A stretch of DNA of 64,000 nucleotides from assembly GCF_009914755.1 (NCBI RefSeq), contig NC_060929.1. One strand, 5' to 3'. Positions 28,901-43,410 of the stretch are shown piece by piece. Below the pieces are notes generated by a model. It did no database searches, was not told the DNA's origin, and saw only the letters and a list, made by a program, of their open reading frames with translations. Source of the stretch: the human T2T-CHM13v2.0 reference genome, Homo sapiens. Numbering within the stretch: position 1 is the first letter of the stretch; each line of letters opens with the position of its first letter. The position numbers and the translations under genes were made by a program.

Positions 28901-31429
28901 ATCTGGGCCTCTCGGCTTATATTTTGTATTGTTGTTCTTCTCTGCTTCATCTTTCTTTAAACAGTTTGGGCCACCAGATAGAAAGACAGGACCTGAGTCT
29001 CTTTCTTGTCTGTTTTAGAAACAGTTCTAAAATTCAAAGGGAAGGTGAGGGTCCTTAGGAGGTACGGTCAGCTCTTTCCACGATCTTGGCCTCCAGGCAT
29101 CCAGAGCACCAGGTGGAGGATGAGAAGGAAAACCCTGGACTCTGCATTCCAGAAGAAAAACAACTTAGATGTCCTAGAGCAATTGCCTCATTCTTTGATG
29201 ACACCATGAAAGTTCAGAGGCGAAGGGGCACCCACAAGGTCTCACAGTTACACATCTCAGGAAAATCCAAGCTCTTCATGAGCTTGGGAAACCTCCCTGG
29301 AAAAGGGAACTAATTGTCTGAGTAGGGAGTGAGGAATTTGGAGGGCAGATGCCTACTGGGGTGTCAATTGCAACCTCAGCTTTCTGTGTGAATGTTGCAG
29401 GGAAACCAGGAGATGGCAATGAGGAGGAGCAAGCCTGGGGGAGAGGCACTCTGCCACCACACCCATAAAAAATGCATACCATACTGGATTTCCAAGACTA
29501 TGATAAAGGACAAGTAGCATTAGGGAGAGTAAAGTTCAGTCCTCGCGTCCCTAAAATATTGCCGACATTTAAAACAAAGAAAAGCAACACTTACGTGAGT
29601 CCTGAATTAAACCTAGTTTTAGGAACATGTTTAAAAATAAATAGTGTAGTGTCCATTTGTAATCCCTCAGAGCAAATGGCGCTTTTGTGATGGCTGCGAC
29701 TTAGCCTACACTCTCGACTCTTACATATGCTGCTAGGTATGCTCATATTCATAAGAGATCAACTATTTCGTGTGAGGCAGGCAACCCGTTTCCCCAGAAA
29801 GGTCAGTTTTCATTGCTGTAAGTCTCCCGGCTGCGGGGTGCCGATGGAGGACCGCCTTGAAACCCGGCTCCCCAGGCAGTTTCCTCCTCTGGCCCTTGTC
29901 AGGCCTGAGATAACCTTTGGTGGTTCCTTTCAGTGGTAGTGCCGTATAATTCAGGTAAATTGATGCTGTGTGGGAGAAGTTTTCACAGACTCCTCATCCA
30001 TTATTGAATAATTTTTCATAATAAGAGCACTTCCTAAGTCAAACAAAGCCCAAGTATGGCTCAGGGAACTGCTGTGTTGAGTGCATCAGGGTTTATTTTT
30101 CTGCTGAAGAAAATAAACTATTACTTTGACTAATAACCTCGCTGGAATGTGGGTGTAGAGTGCCGCTCAGCGCGCTGCCGAAAGAAATGGATGCCCCCAT
30201 CCTTTCCAGACACATGCTCCATCTGAGGGTCCAACAAATAGGTTCTGAGGCCTGGCCTGTGTCAGAAGGGAAACTTCTAAATACTCAAAGCTGGAGAAAA
30301 CCACTTTTTTTTTTTTGGACTAGAAAACACACAAACAACCACAAAGGTGTGTTACTAAAATACCCTTAAGAGCAATTGTTTATATTTGTGCTTAAACTTT
30401 AGCTCCTTAATATTTTAAATTGGTAAAAGAAACGCATACAGCGATAAAGGCATGGCAGCTAAGAGTACTGCGATGGGAGAAGGTGGCCAAGAAAGCGGAG
30501 CTGGCTCTGAGGGATGCTCTTCTGGTGAAGAAAACGGCATTTAGCAAAGCCTCTTGCTGAAAGTTCTCCATTCGTCTTTCTTTCCAAAGGGACCCAGGTG
30601 GCACATACCCCTCCTCGGAAAGTGTACATTTACTATATTTTCTATATGTTTTTCCTTTTCATTTCTAGACAAATCCTTTTGAGCGACTTAAAATAGGAGA
30701 GATTGCAAAGAGCTCTAAAGGCATGTCCTGGTCGTAGGTCTAATTTCTCTGTCTCGAGTGAGACGCCCAGCTGCCTGTTCTGTGTATTCTTATACCACCC
30801 AATCATACCACTTTTCTTTAATTCTTGTTTTATTCAGAAGCATCACATTTTTTGTTCAAAGGGCATTTATTTAGCAATTTTAAAATGCATAAAACTTGTT
30901 AGATTCATCTTCCATTTAATAGCTTCTGATAAATGTTTTATTAACAATGAACATCGAGGTACCAACACATTTACAATGCCCCTAATCATTCAGCAGAATC
31001 TATTTTTGTTTGTATTAGTATATGTATATCTATGGAGTCTTCGTATAAAGTTTTTGCAACAACATTGACTTTTAAGGTGACCTGTGATTACTGGGTGAAT
31101 TGCATGAGATATCAGAGTAGGGCTATCTGAATATTCTTTAAAATACCTTTTTCTTATCCAAATTCTTAGAATGAAAGGAATTCATATCATATCTGGTGTG
31201 GAATATAGACCAATTACTCACCGTTATCATTCCTGACCTTTGTTTTCCTCTTTCATTTTTTGGGGAATTAACAAACCAGGAGTGAGTCATAAAATGATAA
31301 AGTGTATTTGATGTGTACCCCGGTTCCCTCAATTTCGGACTTTGCAGCATGTCTCCAGAACCTTCCATAACCAGTAGCTTAACCTGATGCATGCCACACG
31401 TTCTGCACGGGCACATTCGTGAAAACTTT

Positions 31430-31560
31430 AGAACGAAGCCGAGATGCCTGTGGGATTATTACCCTTATGTGCAGATGAGGAAGCCCCTGTGTTGGACAGG
31501 TGATGGCTTGCATAGAATTCAGAGGCTCCAGGAGGGCAGGGCACATGACCTTTTCACTCT
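31430..31560 (-). mobile_element. MIR fragment
   Basis: ATTATTACCCTTATGTGCAGATGAGGAAGCC resembles the antisense MIR core. Confidence 0.5.
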
Positions 31561-31746
31561 GCAGGACCAGTGGACCCACTTATGTGGGTGCATCCTCGTC
31601 ACCCTTTCTTGTTAATTTTAGGGCAAAACTGACAATCTGAGGCATCTTGTGGAACCACTGGACTCCTGAGACTTCCAGAGGCCACTCGGCTTCCTAGTTA
31701 CTGTTCTTGTCTTCCTATTGGCCGGCCAGATGCAGGGAGCGAGCTG

Positions 31747-31815
31747 TTTTCTTTTCTTTTCTTTTCTTTTCTTTCCTTTTCTTTTCTTTTCTTTTCTTTC
31801 TTTTCTTTTCTTTCT

Positions 31816-31846
<31 letters not shown>

Positions 31847-32016
31847 CTCTTTCTTTCTCTCTTTCTTTCCTTTTCTTCTTTCTCTCTCTCTCTTCCTTCC
31901 TTCATTCCTTCCTTCCTCCCTTCCTTCCTTCTTTCTGTCCTTCCTTTTTTCCTTCCTTCCTTCCATCTTTCCTTCCTTTCCTTTCTTTCCTTCTTTCTTT
32001 CTTTCCTTTCTTTTTT
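31747..32016. repeat. Compound pyrimidine microsatellite (CTTTT)n(CTTT)n(CCTT)n
   Basis: About 270 bp of almost only C and T on the + strand. Confidence 0.95.
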
Positions 32017-35000
32017 GTGTTTTGTTCCCTATGCAAGGAGGCCAGAGTGATGCTTACGGATGGGATCTTCATGTTCTCTGAAAACATGGCAGTAAGGGGT
32101 TAATACCCTAAAATATGAGGTGCTATAAAAACCCGAAAGTGAAAACTCATCTCTAGTAAGGCGACGATGGCAGATGCGATCAGCTGCAGAATACGGGTGG
32201 TGCAAGTCCAGGGCCATGCCTAGGCCCTGTGTTTTTGCATCTAGGGAAACAGGCAAATGCCAGGAATGATGTTCGTGTAACACCCACATAGCTTCTCTCT
32301 TAGAATAAACAGAAGCCTTTATTCTAACAACACCGTAATACTCACAAATATTTCTGAAAGAGACAGACCAACGCATACTTAATTGCAAAAAATATCATTT
32401 TTTCTACAGTTTATAAGTATAGATGGAAAGGTTGGAATGTGCCATGCAGCCTTGACGATCTCTGTGGTGAATGCAGAGCCTTGTCCATAACAGATTATAA
32501 ACAGCAGCCACTGGTCTTGCAGGATGAAGGGAAAAAGAGGAGGGTTGGAAGAACACAAAGGAACAACTTTTTGCAGAGAGTTAAACATCACCAAAGCGGA
32601 GAGGGGCTGAGTGTTTCCGGAGGGTGCTTTGCCTGCACCACTCACCACTCCCCGACCCCAGCTTCCCAGAAGCAGTGCACGGTTTAGGAGGTCGTAGGGC
32701 TGGGCCCACTTCCAGCTGCTTCTGTTTTCTTGTGCTTCTAGGATGGTCCCTGGGCTACCTTAAATCAACACGTTTGAAAGCTGTAGAAAGTAAGGGAAGA
32801 CTCACGACACAGATACCACAAAACACAGGACAACATGTTTTAACCTTTGAGAAATAATTAGAGCCAGAGCTGTGCTTATATCTGGGTAATTGATGTTCTC
32901 TCCAAACCAGGCCTATGGAATATCAGGCATCCCACCCCATGCATAAGTACTGCAACCAGGAACATGAGCATCTCCATGCTGCTTGCACAAATGTGGGGCC
33001 CTGAGCACACCGACAGACTCCCATATGGCAGCCAGGAAAACCTGCCCAAGCCCAGCCTTCCCTTACATCCACATCCCCACACAAGGACTAGGTCACCGCT
33101 GTGGCCCGACATTCCTGCACAGCCACAGCAAATATATGTTGCACAGAGGTCAAAGCTTCCTCCATAGTAGTCGCTGAGGACTTACCATGGACACAGCTAA
33201 GCCTACTACTGTTTTAGTCTCTGTTGTTACAGACAAGACATTGCTGCCTTTAAGTGAACAAAAATAAAATCATTCCTGTTGAAGAACTGGCAGCAGAACT
33301 TTCTAAAGATTGCCCTTGACACATAGTTTCACTTAAAAACCAACCCTGAAAGTCTCAGTGCAAACACCCCGATTGCGTGTGCAGGAGTAGTGCTGTCATC
33401 ACAGCAGGATCACACCCACATGGCAGGCAGCGGCACCATACGGATGAGACGGGGTGTCCATGATGAAGCCGCCCAGCTTCGTGGAGCCTCCAGGCTGTGA
33501 ATTCCAAAGACTGTTTCTGACAGAATTCATGTTCCCTGTTTCTAAAAGACTGAGTGATGAATACGTCTGTAAAGTAATTTGAAAAGTCATGGGATTAGAG
33601 GAACCTATGTACAAGGGACTTTGGTGACAAGATTTCAGGCAGCTTCCGAAGCAGGAGTAAGGAGGCAGCTTTGATGAGATGGGGAGCAACCACTCAGTTC
33701 AGCGATACTCAATGCAGGCCAGAATTTTTTAGTCCTTTTTTGAAATTGTGTTGGATTTGTGATTTTTATTTCATACACACAAAAATTATGTATTTTCCCT
33801 GTTCATCATGATATTGATACTTTAGTTCTTTGTGCCCTGTTTTTTTTTTTCCCATTCCATGGGTTCAGTCAAAACCACTTTATCTGTAAACAGAATGATT
33901 AATTGATTATAAGTATGTGTTATTAAGACAATTGCTACTAGTAGTAGAAAGATTAAATTAAAGAGTATTCTACATTGGTGGTTGCACAGTGTTATAGAAA
34001 TAACCCCAGCTTTCTGAAATAGACGCTGTCTGAATTCCCAGGATATAGATGAACCAAGTGACATTGTCCAGATTGTTTAAGTAGCACAACAGACCCCTGG
34101 TTAGTGGTGGGTCCAGGAGGATGCCACATTGTCCTGGAGGTGGGGAAAAAGTGTGGCCCACTCATGCGGGAACACATTATCATCAATACTAATGGATGGT
34201 GACAAGTGGGATGGAAGCAAAGTATTGGGTGATACAACAGCTTCAGGCCACAACTGCGGTGCAGTGGTCAGGAGGGGTCATTTGAGGAAGTGGCCACTGA
34301 GCTGGGCCAATTTGGAGCAGTGAGTTCAACCGACACTTCTGGTAGATATGAAGAATGTGGGAGAATAAAAAGGAGCAGAAGGTCAGCTTGGAGACCAATC
34401 ACAGTGCTAGGAGTTTAGTTGGGACCTTGGTCTCATCATTCCGTAGCTCATGAATTCTGCCTCACCCATCTTTCCTATCCTGCAACATCAAGACTGGGCT
34501 GGTACCTTAGATGCTAAGTCTGGGGCATTCGTAATTGATGATTGAATACTAATAGTTAATAATCAGGTTGCAGATATTAGCTGCAAAGAGTTGAGGATTT
34601 GGGGAGATGACTGAAATTACTGAGGAATTCTTACATGTGGTTGAATGTGAGGAGTGTTTTGAAGGACCAAAATGTGCCAAATGTCTTAGAAAAGCCTGCC
34701 GTAATGATATCAAACAGTATCGCCACAGTTGAGAATTTTAATTTTTCAAAATTATTGACTGATGTTAGTTTGCAATATTGAAAGACTAGGACATTCAGGG
34801 GTGTGGTTAAAAAAAAGTAAAATAGAATTCTTGAGAAGCTGCATTCTGACTTGGACACTGTGTCAGTATTGCCTTCCGCTCTGTTTGATAAAATCATCTC
34901 GTGTTCCCGGGTACCCCAACTGTTCACACTTGTATTGTTTCATGTTTTTGATGCACACTCATTAACTCTCCATTTTAATATCTTCTTACAACTACCAAAA

Positions 35001-38000
35001 ACATGTATTTGTTCTAGAATATTGTTCTTCTGTAAAATGGCACTCTCTAAAGTCATTCCTCGCCATTCTATTGTTCTCCCCCGATGTCAGGCTGACAAAC
35101 AGTGAAAGTAAACTCAGAGTAGAATCAAAATCCCCCATCCATTCATGCTTAGGCACGTTCTTTATTACCACATATTTAATATACAGCAAAGAGAGAAAAA
35201 TTAGCACAATTAAGACCTGTTTTCATCCTTGACCGTGTCTCCTCCAGCAGAAACAGATTCTTGTATTTTAAAATTGTTTTGTTTTCTTTTTTAAGCAAAC
35301 TATTCCCCAGAAAGACTTTTCTTGGCGCAATTGACTTGATTTCCAGTCAGCACCTATTCAAATAACAGTAACTTGTTTTTTTTTTTTTGACCCTTTAAAT
35401 AAACATCATTTACATGTTGTATCAGAAAGTGCACAAAGCTGTAAACTGATAAAGTTATAGATTTTCACGGAAATTAAGAACCAGAAAGGGTCTATGCGGT
35501 TCTTTAGCTTAGCCTTTATTTGAGGAATGTTACTAAAAAATGGTATGTCCGTGAAGATTTTGTAGGTCACTCATGGCTAGGTGAGGGGTTCAACAGGGGG
35601 AAACAGGCGTTTTGTGACAGGAGTTCCCATCGCCCAGACAATATCCTATGCTGCATCGGGGGGCTTTTCTCCTGGGGGGTTTCCCAGTGGAATGCCCCTG
35701 AGTGATCTCCCCAGCCAAGAGGGAAGCTGACACTCCCAGGGTGTTTGTGTCCTGCCTACCCCAAAAGCTAATCCTAGGATCCGGATCTCCTTAATCTGTA
35801 TAAAGCCCTCTCGTATTCACACTGAGAAAATGCACTTTGTTCTCCTCTGAAGTGGCTCACAACCAGTCAAACAGCTTCTCAACTGGGAGTTGATCTTCTT
35901 ATGAATGATCAGAATTTACCTGCTCTAAGCAGCTGTGTTCTTCAGCATTTATAAAGCAGAGTTCTATGGGGCTGCCATGATGGATTAGAAAGGACTGATC
36001 CTAATGCTTCCTGTCCATTGCATGAAGCCAGAGGTGGTTTGTTTAAGAACACTTTGGAGAAAGTGTTCCATTTGAACAAATGGTCTGAGGTGTCCTAAAA
36101 AGCCCCAAATTTAGCTGAATGCATTCTCTGCTTTTCCTCTTAGGTTTCAATTGGACTGATTTACATCATGGGTTTTTCTACCCTCTGTCTCTTTGCTTTT
36201 CTTAGGTATAAACTTGTCCCAACGTGGTGAAAACGCCAGCTCTTCTGGAGTTAGGGCATCTCACCCTTCCTATTGCCTCGTGAAGCTCTCGAGGTCTTAC
36301 CTTTGCAACACACCCTTCTGACGGGACTCACCACTGTGTTTAAGAGCTGGGACTGGTGCTCTTGTTCACAGCTTCTCCTTGAGAGTAAATGCTGCTCTTG
36401 TTTCTTGTCTCATGGTGGCCCCACGCCCATGCTGCTGGTTTTCCAGAGTCCCTGGTTGGAGATAAGATCCAGAAACCTTCCTCAGTGCCTGGCGCTGAAC
36501 CATGATCTGCATAAATGGATGGAGAATCATACGTTCCTGGGTGTTCTCCATGTTCCCCCATTTATGGTGTGCACATCTCCCCAGGACTCGCTGGCTGAGG
36601 GTACATGTGTGGTCACTGCTCTAGAACTAAGGCATTGCTCAGGCCTCCTTGCCCTCATCTGCCAAAGCGGGGACCACAGCTCCGCTTCGTCATCTTCCTT
36701 GCAGCTCCTACAGCATCCTCCCCACCAGGCCCCAACTGCTGAGCTCTGCCCATGACAGCAGTGGAGGACTCCGCCCTGCCATCTACCCAACACACCCATC
36801 CTGACTCCACTGATCCTGCCCCATGGCAGGCCCTCTGCATGCCCCAAAGCCACAGTCTTCATGCATCCAAGTGGCCTTTTGGGCCCCATAGAGGCCAGTA
36901 TCAGGGCCTCCTCCCTTCTTTATGACAACCGTCATCACCAGGATGGGCGCGGGCCAGGCTGCTGTTCTCTGCTCCCTTCAGAAGGGAGTGCCCTGTCCAC
37001 CATTATCCTGAAGCTCTCCTCGTCAGGAGGCTCACACAGGAGTGAGGGGCCGGAAGGTGGCCAGCTCGCCATCCCCTCAGGCTGACCTGCCGACCTCTCC
37101 CGTGGCGGTTGCCTGTTCTTAAAAGATGCTCCTCTGGGCCTCATGCAATGGGAATTCTGATGGGACTCTGGCCATGATGTGCCCGGTCTTCTGGGCTACC
37201 TGACCTGCATCCCAGGGCTCAGCTGAGGCCTACAGGATGCTTCACATCATAGAGGGCTGTGGGCTCTAGGACAGAGTGTGTGGAGGATGCTAAGGAAGAA
37301 AAGAAGCATGTGGGGGATGCCTGGGGGCTGTGGAACTAGTGGGTCCCGAAGACCAAATTTCTCATGCATCCAACAGGGCAGCTTAGCATGAACAGGGGTA
37401 GAGCCCAAATGGTGGGATAGACTGACACATACCCTACGATCAAAACTGTGAATGGTTTTACCTCAACATGGAGCCAGAATCAGGGAGAAGCTTCTAGTAA
37501 GAAGAGATGAAGGTGCATTTGGGGGGCAGCAGAAATAGAGGCATATAGTTGTGAAGAAGACAACATTTTGAACCTGATATACCTCAGACATTCAGGAAGT
37601 TTTTCATTCACAGAAGACATTTGACTTTAAAACATATTGATATTGTATGTAATAACTCAGATGAAATAGCCTTCTGCTCCTGATGTGATGTTGCATAAAG
37701 ACACTAAAAAATGTGTTGTCTTTGCCTTGGAATCCTTTAGATATGTCTTTGGGTGGCTTATGGGAGAGACTTGAAACCGTGGCCTCAGCGCTGACCCCCA
37801 GTTTCCCCGTGCAGCCAGGCCTGGCTGCTCATGAATGATGCCATCTCAGCCTCTGCTTCATGCTGTCAGTCTTTACAGAAAATTCCCACTCCCTTAAAAT
37901 GACACTTAACTTCTGACCCTCATAGAATCAATGTCTTTGACAAAGATAAAGATTTTTATTAGGACATGGGTTCTTCTGTGGAGATCAGCATCAGAGTAGA

Positions 38001-38149
38001 TGGTGAGCGGTTCACACTCTTCATGCTTGGTCCTGCTCAGAGAGACTCGGATCCACCCTCTGTGCAAGGAATGCTCTCCTCATGGGGACCCCTAGACACA
38101 GACAGGATAAGTGAGCCCCTGGATCCCACAGCAGGTGCAACTTGTGTTT

Positions 38150-38593
38150 ACTTATTTATGTTTACTTTATTTTATTTTTCCATAAGTTATTGGGGTACAG
38201 GTGGTATTTGGTTACATGAGTAAGTTCTTTAGTGGTGATTTGTGAGATTTTGGTGTACCCATCACCCGAGCAGTATACACTGAGCCGTATTTGTAGCCTT
38301 TTATCTCTCGGCCCCCTCCCACTCTTCCTCCCAAGTCTCCAAAGTCCATTGTATCATTCTTATGACTTTGTGTCCTCATAGCTTAGTTCTCACACATCAG
38401 TGAGAACATACAATGTTTGGTTTTCCATTCCTGAGTTACATCACTTAGAATAATAGTCTCCAGTCTCATTCAGGTCAGTGAAATTGCTGTTAATTCATTC
38501 CTTTTATGGCTACGCAGGATTCCATCATATATATATGTGTATATATATATATGTATGTGTGTGTATATATATATGTGTGTGTATATATATATA

Positions 38594-38640
<47 letters not shown>

Positions 38641-38831
38641 CACCATTTCTTTATCCACTCATTGATTGAGGGGCATTTGGTTTGGTTTCACAATTTTGCA
38701 ATTTTAAATTGTGCTGCCATAAACATGGATGTGCAAGTATCTTTTTCAAATAATGACTTCTTTTCTGCTGGGTAGATAACCAGTAGTGGGATTGCTGGAT
38801 CAAATGGTAGTTCTACTTTTAGATATTCTTT
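38150..38831 (-). mobile_element. L1PB (L1PB1-like) 3' end
   Basis: CATAAGTTATTGGGGTACAGGTGGTATTTGGTTACATGAGTAAGTTCTTTAGTGGTGATTTGTGAGATTTTGGTG through GGGATTGCTGGATCAAATGGTAGTTCTACTTTTAG. Confidence 0.92.
38527..38638. repeat. (TA)n/(TG)n compound microsatellite inside the L1PB
   Basis: Alternating TA and TG blocks, including a run of about 17 GT units. Confidence 0.93.
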
Positions 38832-39349
38832 AATGTTTAAGCCTCCTACCTGTAGGACTCTCCAAGCACTTCAGACATTAGTGGCTTGACAGTGGGACCC
38901 TTGTATCTCTGGAAATGTCTAGAAGCAACACCAGCAAAACATGATGCCTGGATGCAGATCCCTGTATGGGAGACTTACGCAGTAGCTTTCAGAGTTTGAA
39001 TCGTGAACCACAGCAAACTATGGATTCTGCACCGTGGCCTGGTTCTCATCAACAAACAGAGAGCTGGAGAAACACTCACTCTGTGAGGGATACCTACACT
39101 CGCTGTGTAGCATGCACACTGTAGATTTTATTCTGATTCTTCAAATAAAAGGCTACCAGTCTAAAAAATGTCTTGACAAGTGATGCTTCACAGCTGGAAA
39201 ACCCAAGTTCATTGCTCAAATGAGCAGAAATTTTAGATTAAACCAGTGGAATATTTAAGAAACAAAACCCTGTATAAGGAAGTGTGGCTTAAAGTCCCAC
39301 ATGAAATAGCTAGTAGATTTAAATGGTGGGCATGCTGGTCTCAAGGGTT

Positions 39350-39495
39350 AATTTTATTTTCATTGGGATATAATTCAGATACCGTAAAACTCACCGTGCT
39401 TAGGTGTGCAATCCAGTGGATTTTAGCACATTCGCAAACTTGTACAAGCAACACAACTGCCTAATTCCAGAACCCTTTAGTCATCCCCCTAAAAC
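39350..39495 (-). mobile_element. L1MB/L1ME extreme 3' end fragment
   Basis: TTTTCATTGGGATATAATTCAGATACCGTAAAACTCACC..AATTCCAGAAC..TCATCCCC. Confidence 0.7.
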
Positions 39496-41809
39496 ACTCT
39501 GCACCTGTTTAATTTTACAGAGTGTCTAGAGTGTCTGAGATCATTTATGTGACCACAATATTTATTGAGAAGTTTTGAGAATGTTTTGTGGGCTCTGAAG
39601 TAGCTAACGTGTAATAGGGACATTTCTATTGAAAATTGCCTTTCAAAATGGACAGGTTTAGGGTGTAAATATCTAACATTGTTAAAGAAGAGCCAATTGT
39701 TTTCATTTCCGATATCTATATTCACACAAATGGCCAGCTAGCACTTAGAGCATGAGGTATGCTGCTGGCGAAGTCTCCTGGAGGCCACTAGATTCAAATG
39801 TCGGCAGAAATATTATCTTGGCAAATACTAAGTGTGTAAGAAATGCCATTAAAGCTAGGAAAGCAAGACATTCATTGAGCAACAACAATTATGGATTATC
39901 TATTTGTGCAGCTCAGAGAGTGTGTCTTCTCTGCCTTTTTTCCTGAGCTACCAAGAGAATTAATTCAAGTTTTGTCTCATAATTTCAGGTCAGCCCACCC
40001 TCTGGGCATTCATCCCAGGCCGGCTTTATCAACAGCAACAAAACTATGACAGTTTGAAGCTTGCATCTAAAAACACAGAGTGAAGCTTTCAAAAAGAGCG
40101 AGACATTGACTTTCAAAATAGCTCTGTCTACTGCATGCCATCTTGATAAGGGAGTTTCGCAATAAAGCATTTGCCGGGTGGGTGACTGATAGCAAAGCTG
40201 TGTTTCCTGGGGAAAAGTGTGGCATCTTCAGTTTACATCAACTTGCTCTCATCTGAGACAAAACTGTAAGTAAAAGGCAAAAGTTTACCCTCTACTGCGT
40301 TGTTATGGTCCAGGCTGTTTCTTCTCATGCTCTTTAAATGAAAGAAAGTGGCTGGGTTCACTATTGGAATGTCAGGGAGCTCAGGTGCTATTGTTAGAAT
40401 GACTTCCTGGTGGCACAGCCATGGCCAAGTGACCTTGTTTCCACGAGAATCCGTGGTTTTATGCTTAGGTCTAGATCATTCTCTCGTCAAACGATGAGGT
40501 TCGGGTCAGCTCCTCGGGGCCAGCAGTGACCTTTCTGGGGAAGGCAGTAGCTGCCTGCTATCCCATTACTTCTGAAGACTTCGTGGTAAAGTTTCCTAAT
40601 TGAGAAATTTCCCTCCATTTGGAGAGAATTTACACACATACCAGGAATGGCTTTGGGGAGCTATTTCCCTGCCAGGGAGTCGATTTAAACAACAAAAAGT
40701 CAAATCATCCTGCCCTTTTCTGCCTGTTCGCTGCCTGCTTGTGGGGCCGCAGGAAGGCTCAGAGCTATCAAATGAAGAAAAATGGGCCTTTGGCTTACAA
40801 CTATATTGGCACCCCCATTCCCCCTGCATGGAAGTTTTCATAAGAGGCCTGGCAAATGGTTTTAAAATAGCTGTGGTATCTGGCAGGTTGGAGTGTGCAC
40901 AGCCTAGAAGTGTTGTTTCCATTTCATTCTTCAGCTGTGTGTCCCTGCTGCGATGGATGCCAGATAGAGCCTGCTTGCCTAGGATGGGGACAGATGCCAT
41001 TGGAAACAGGTCAGGTAAACTTGAGCTGCTAGATTCACCCTGATGAAACTCATTAGCTCCTGGCTCTCTGAGCACTTCTTTTCAAAGCTAACACTCTGGG
41101 CTTTCAAAGAACAGATTCCTGTTGCAAACTCACCCAAAGCTGGCTACCAAAAGCCATCACATTTACCCCTCTTTGCTCCTGGTGGTTCACAGAGAAGGTA
41201 CTGGACACACATTTTAAATATAAGCTTTTACTACGTCTCTCTTGTCTGCTTATGAAGACACCAGCCATGGTTCGTTAGATGCGTGGGAGCCACCATTTCT
41301 GTAGTGGAGTTCCACCGCGCCTTTTCAGGAGGAGGGCTGGCCCGGAGTGGGGAGCCACAGCAGCCCCCTCTGCTGTCTCTTAGTCTTGCCGTGGTAGCCC
41401 CTTTTCCTAGGTGTCCGCTACTCAGTACTGTCATCAATTACTGAAGCTTTAAATGCAGTGTACCAATTTGAGTTTCGGCCAAAGTTATGGCAGGGACTTT
41501 AAGGCAAGTTTGTAGAGAAGTCTTGACTCCTGAGATGAACCATTTTTTCAATAGGCGAATATGTTCTAAGAACAAAAAGTTGAGAATGTTGAAAATGTGA
41601 TCTGTTGGTGTTTACTAATACAAATTTAGGCATTTTAGAAAAAGCGCAGAGCTCTTTGTTTTAAAGTCATCACAAACACAATAAGAAAAGGAGAATGGAA
41701 ACCAAGGTTTGGTATCCATACTTGGTGCCCATGTAGGCTGGGGCTAATCCAAACCAATTAATGTCTAACTAAAAGAATTATTTTGTTTGATGTATAAAAA
41801 TAAGATTAT

Positions 41810-41995
41810 GTAATTAGAATTGGATAGGCCACAGCTTGAATCTTTTCTCTGCCATTGTTTATCTGGGGGCTGAGTTTCACTTTTATTATTGGTCAAATGT
41901 GGGATCATGTTATTTATTTTGTAATGTTATTGTAGAAACAAATAAGAAAGCTCCTCACATGATACTTAAACCACCCAGCAAATAAGATGCAATTA
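41810..41995 (+). mobile_element. Diverged MIR
   Basis: TTAGAATTGGATAGGCCACAGCTTGAATC..CTCTGCCATT..CAAATGTGGGATCAT..GTTATTGTAGA. Confidence 0.45.
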
Positions 41996-41998
41996 TAC

Positions 41999-42312
41999 TT
42001 TTGTATTTTTGTTTCTTTTTTTTTTTAGAGACAGGGTCTCACTCTGTCACTTAGGCTGGAGTGCAGTGATGAGATAATAGCTCACTGCCGTCTCAAACTC
42101 CTGTGCTCAAACAATCCTCCCACCTCAGCTTTCTGAGTAGCTGGGACTACAGGTGCATGCCACCATGCATGGCTAATTTTCTAAAAAATGTTTTAGGGAT
42201 GAAGTTTTGCTATGTTGCCCAGGCCGGTCTCAAATTCCTGGGCTCAAGCAATCCTTCCACCTGAGTCTCCCAAAGTTCTGGGGTTACAGGCATGGGCGCC
42301 TGCACGAGGTCC
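41999..42312 (-). mobile_element. AluJ (Jo/Jr-like)
   Basis: GAGACAGGGTCTCACTCTGTCAC, ATAGCTCACTGC..CAAACTCCTG and GGCTCAAGCAATCC. Confidence 0.93.
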
Positions 42313-43410
42313 CAAGTACACCCTTGGAACTCACATCAATTCACTGGAATATCACCACGATTGTCCTTAGTTGAAAGGCCAGTAAAGACATATTTATCAC
42401 AAGCCGTAGACTCCAATTAAACGTATATTTGAAGCCAAGATCCATCATTACTTCCTTTGGAGATGCTGTCACCTGTCTAAGAGTCTAGGAAGTTTTAATG
42501 AATATGGAATCTCAGGAACTGTCACCTTTGAGAATTACAAAAATGTACCTATTTGCTTTTGCACTCTCTCTTGCCCTGATCTGCCACATCACATATGGCC
42601 AGGGGGTCTGTGGGCTCCTGACAATAGTTCTAGGTAGCCCAGATGGGAGGGCCCAGGATGGGCAGCTGCTGCTGTGGGATCTGAGACTGGTCATAGGAAA
42701 AATGGGGCTTAACGATGGGCAATGTGCTGGGCTCCTGGATGGAAAGAACAGCTACGAAGAGACAGCAAACCCTGGTGTGAAAATGTCCACTTGGCAAGGG
42801 GAGTGCGACTCACTGACAGTCACAAGGTCATCTGGAGGCCGTTCCCCAGCCTCTGTTGGATGTGCCACCTGCCCCGGGCCTGTCTGGCATTGCTTTCTGT
42901 TTGTGTTGCTTTTCTGGACGGTCAGGGCTGTGGCTGTTTCTGGAGAGCAGTTGTGGAGGGAGCTGCGGGCCACTCCCCACTGCGCTCTGTAGGGCTTTGC
43001 CTGGACCTCTAGGGAAAGTCTGGCCACCTGGCCCAGCCTTGTCTACGCTTTGGTGAAATAGTCGCGCCTAGAGTGAGATGCATGATGCACACATAGGCCA
43101 ACCCACCCTGGCAGGGCGATGATGTCGTGCTCCGTGGCGTGATTGCCATGGCTTTCAGCTGCAGGCAGAGCCCAGGCCAGGAGGAAAGGAGCGGCAGCCC
43201 AGGCAATGCAGATGTCTCTCTTTTTCCTACCGCAGAAAGGGAAGACTCCCAGTGAATGGACCCTATCTGCACTTGGCTGTGACTTTCCACCAAAGTTGGG
43301 ATTCTCCTCTTCTCTAGAAACCCATCCTTTAGGTGGGCTGAGAAGTTTGGAGATGTATAGCAAACCTCTTGAATGATTTTATATTTCTGAGATTTGAAAA
43401 AAAAAAAAAA

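Noticed and set aside
31618-32087. Lys/Arg/Glu-rich and Phe/Leu/Ser-rich ORFs, also at 13119-13639
   Set aside because: Translations of purine/pyrimidine microsatellites.
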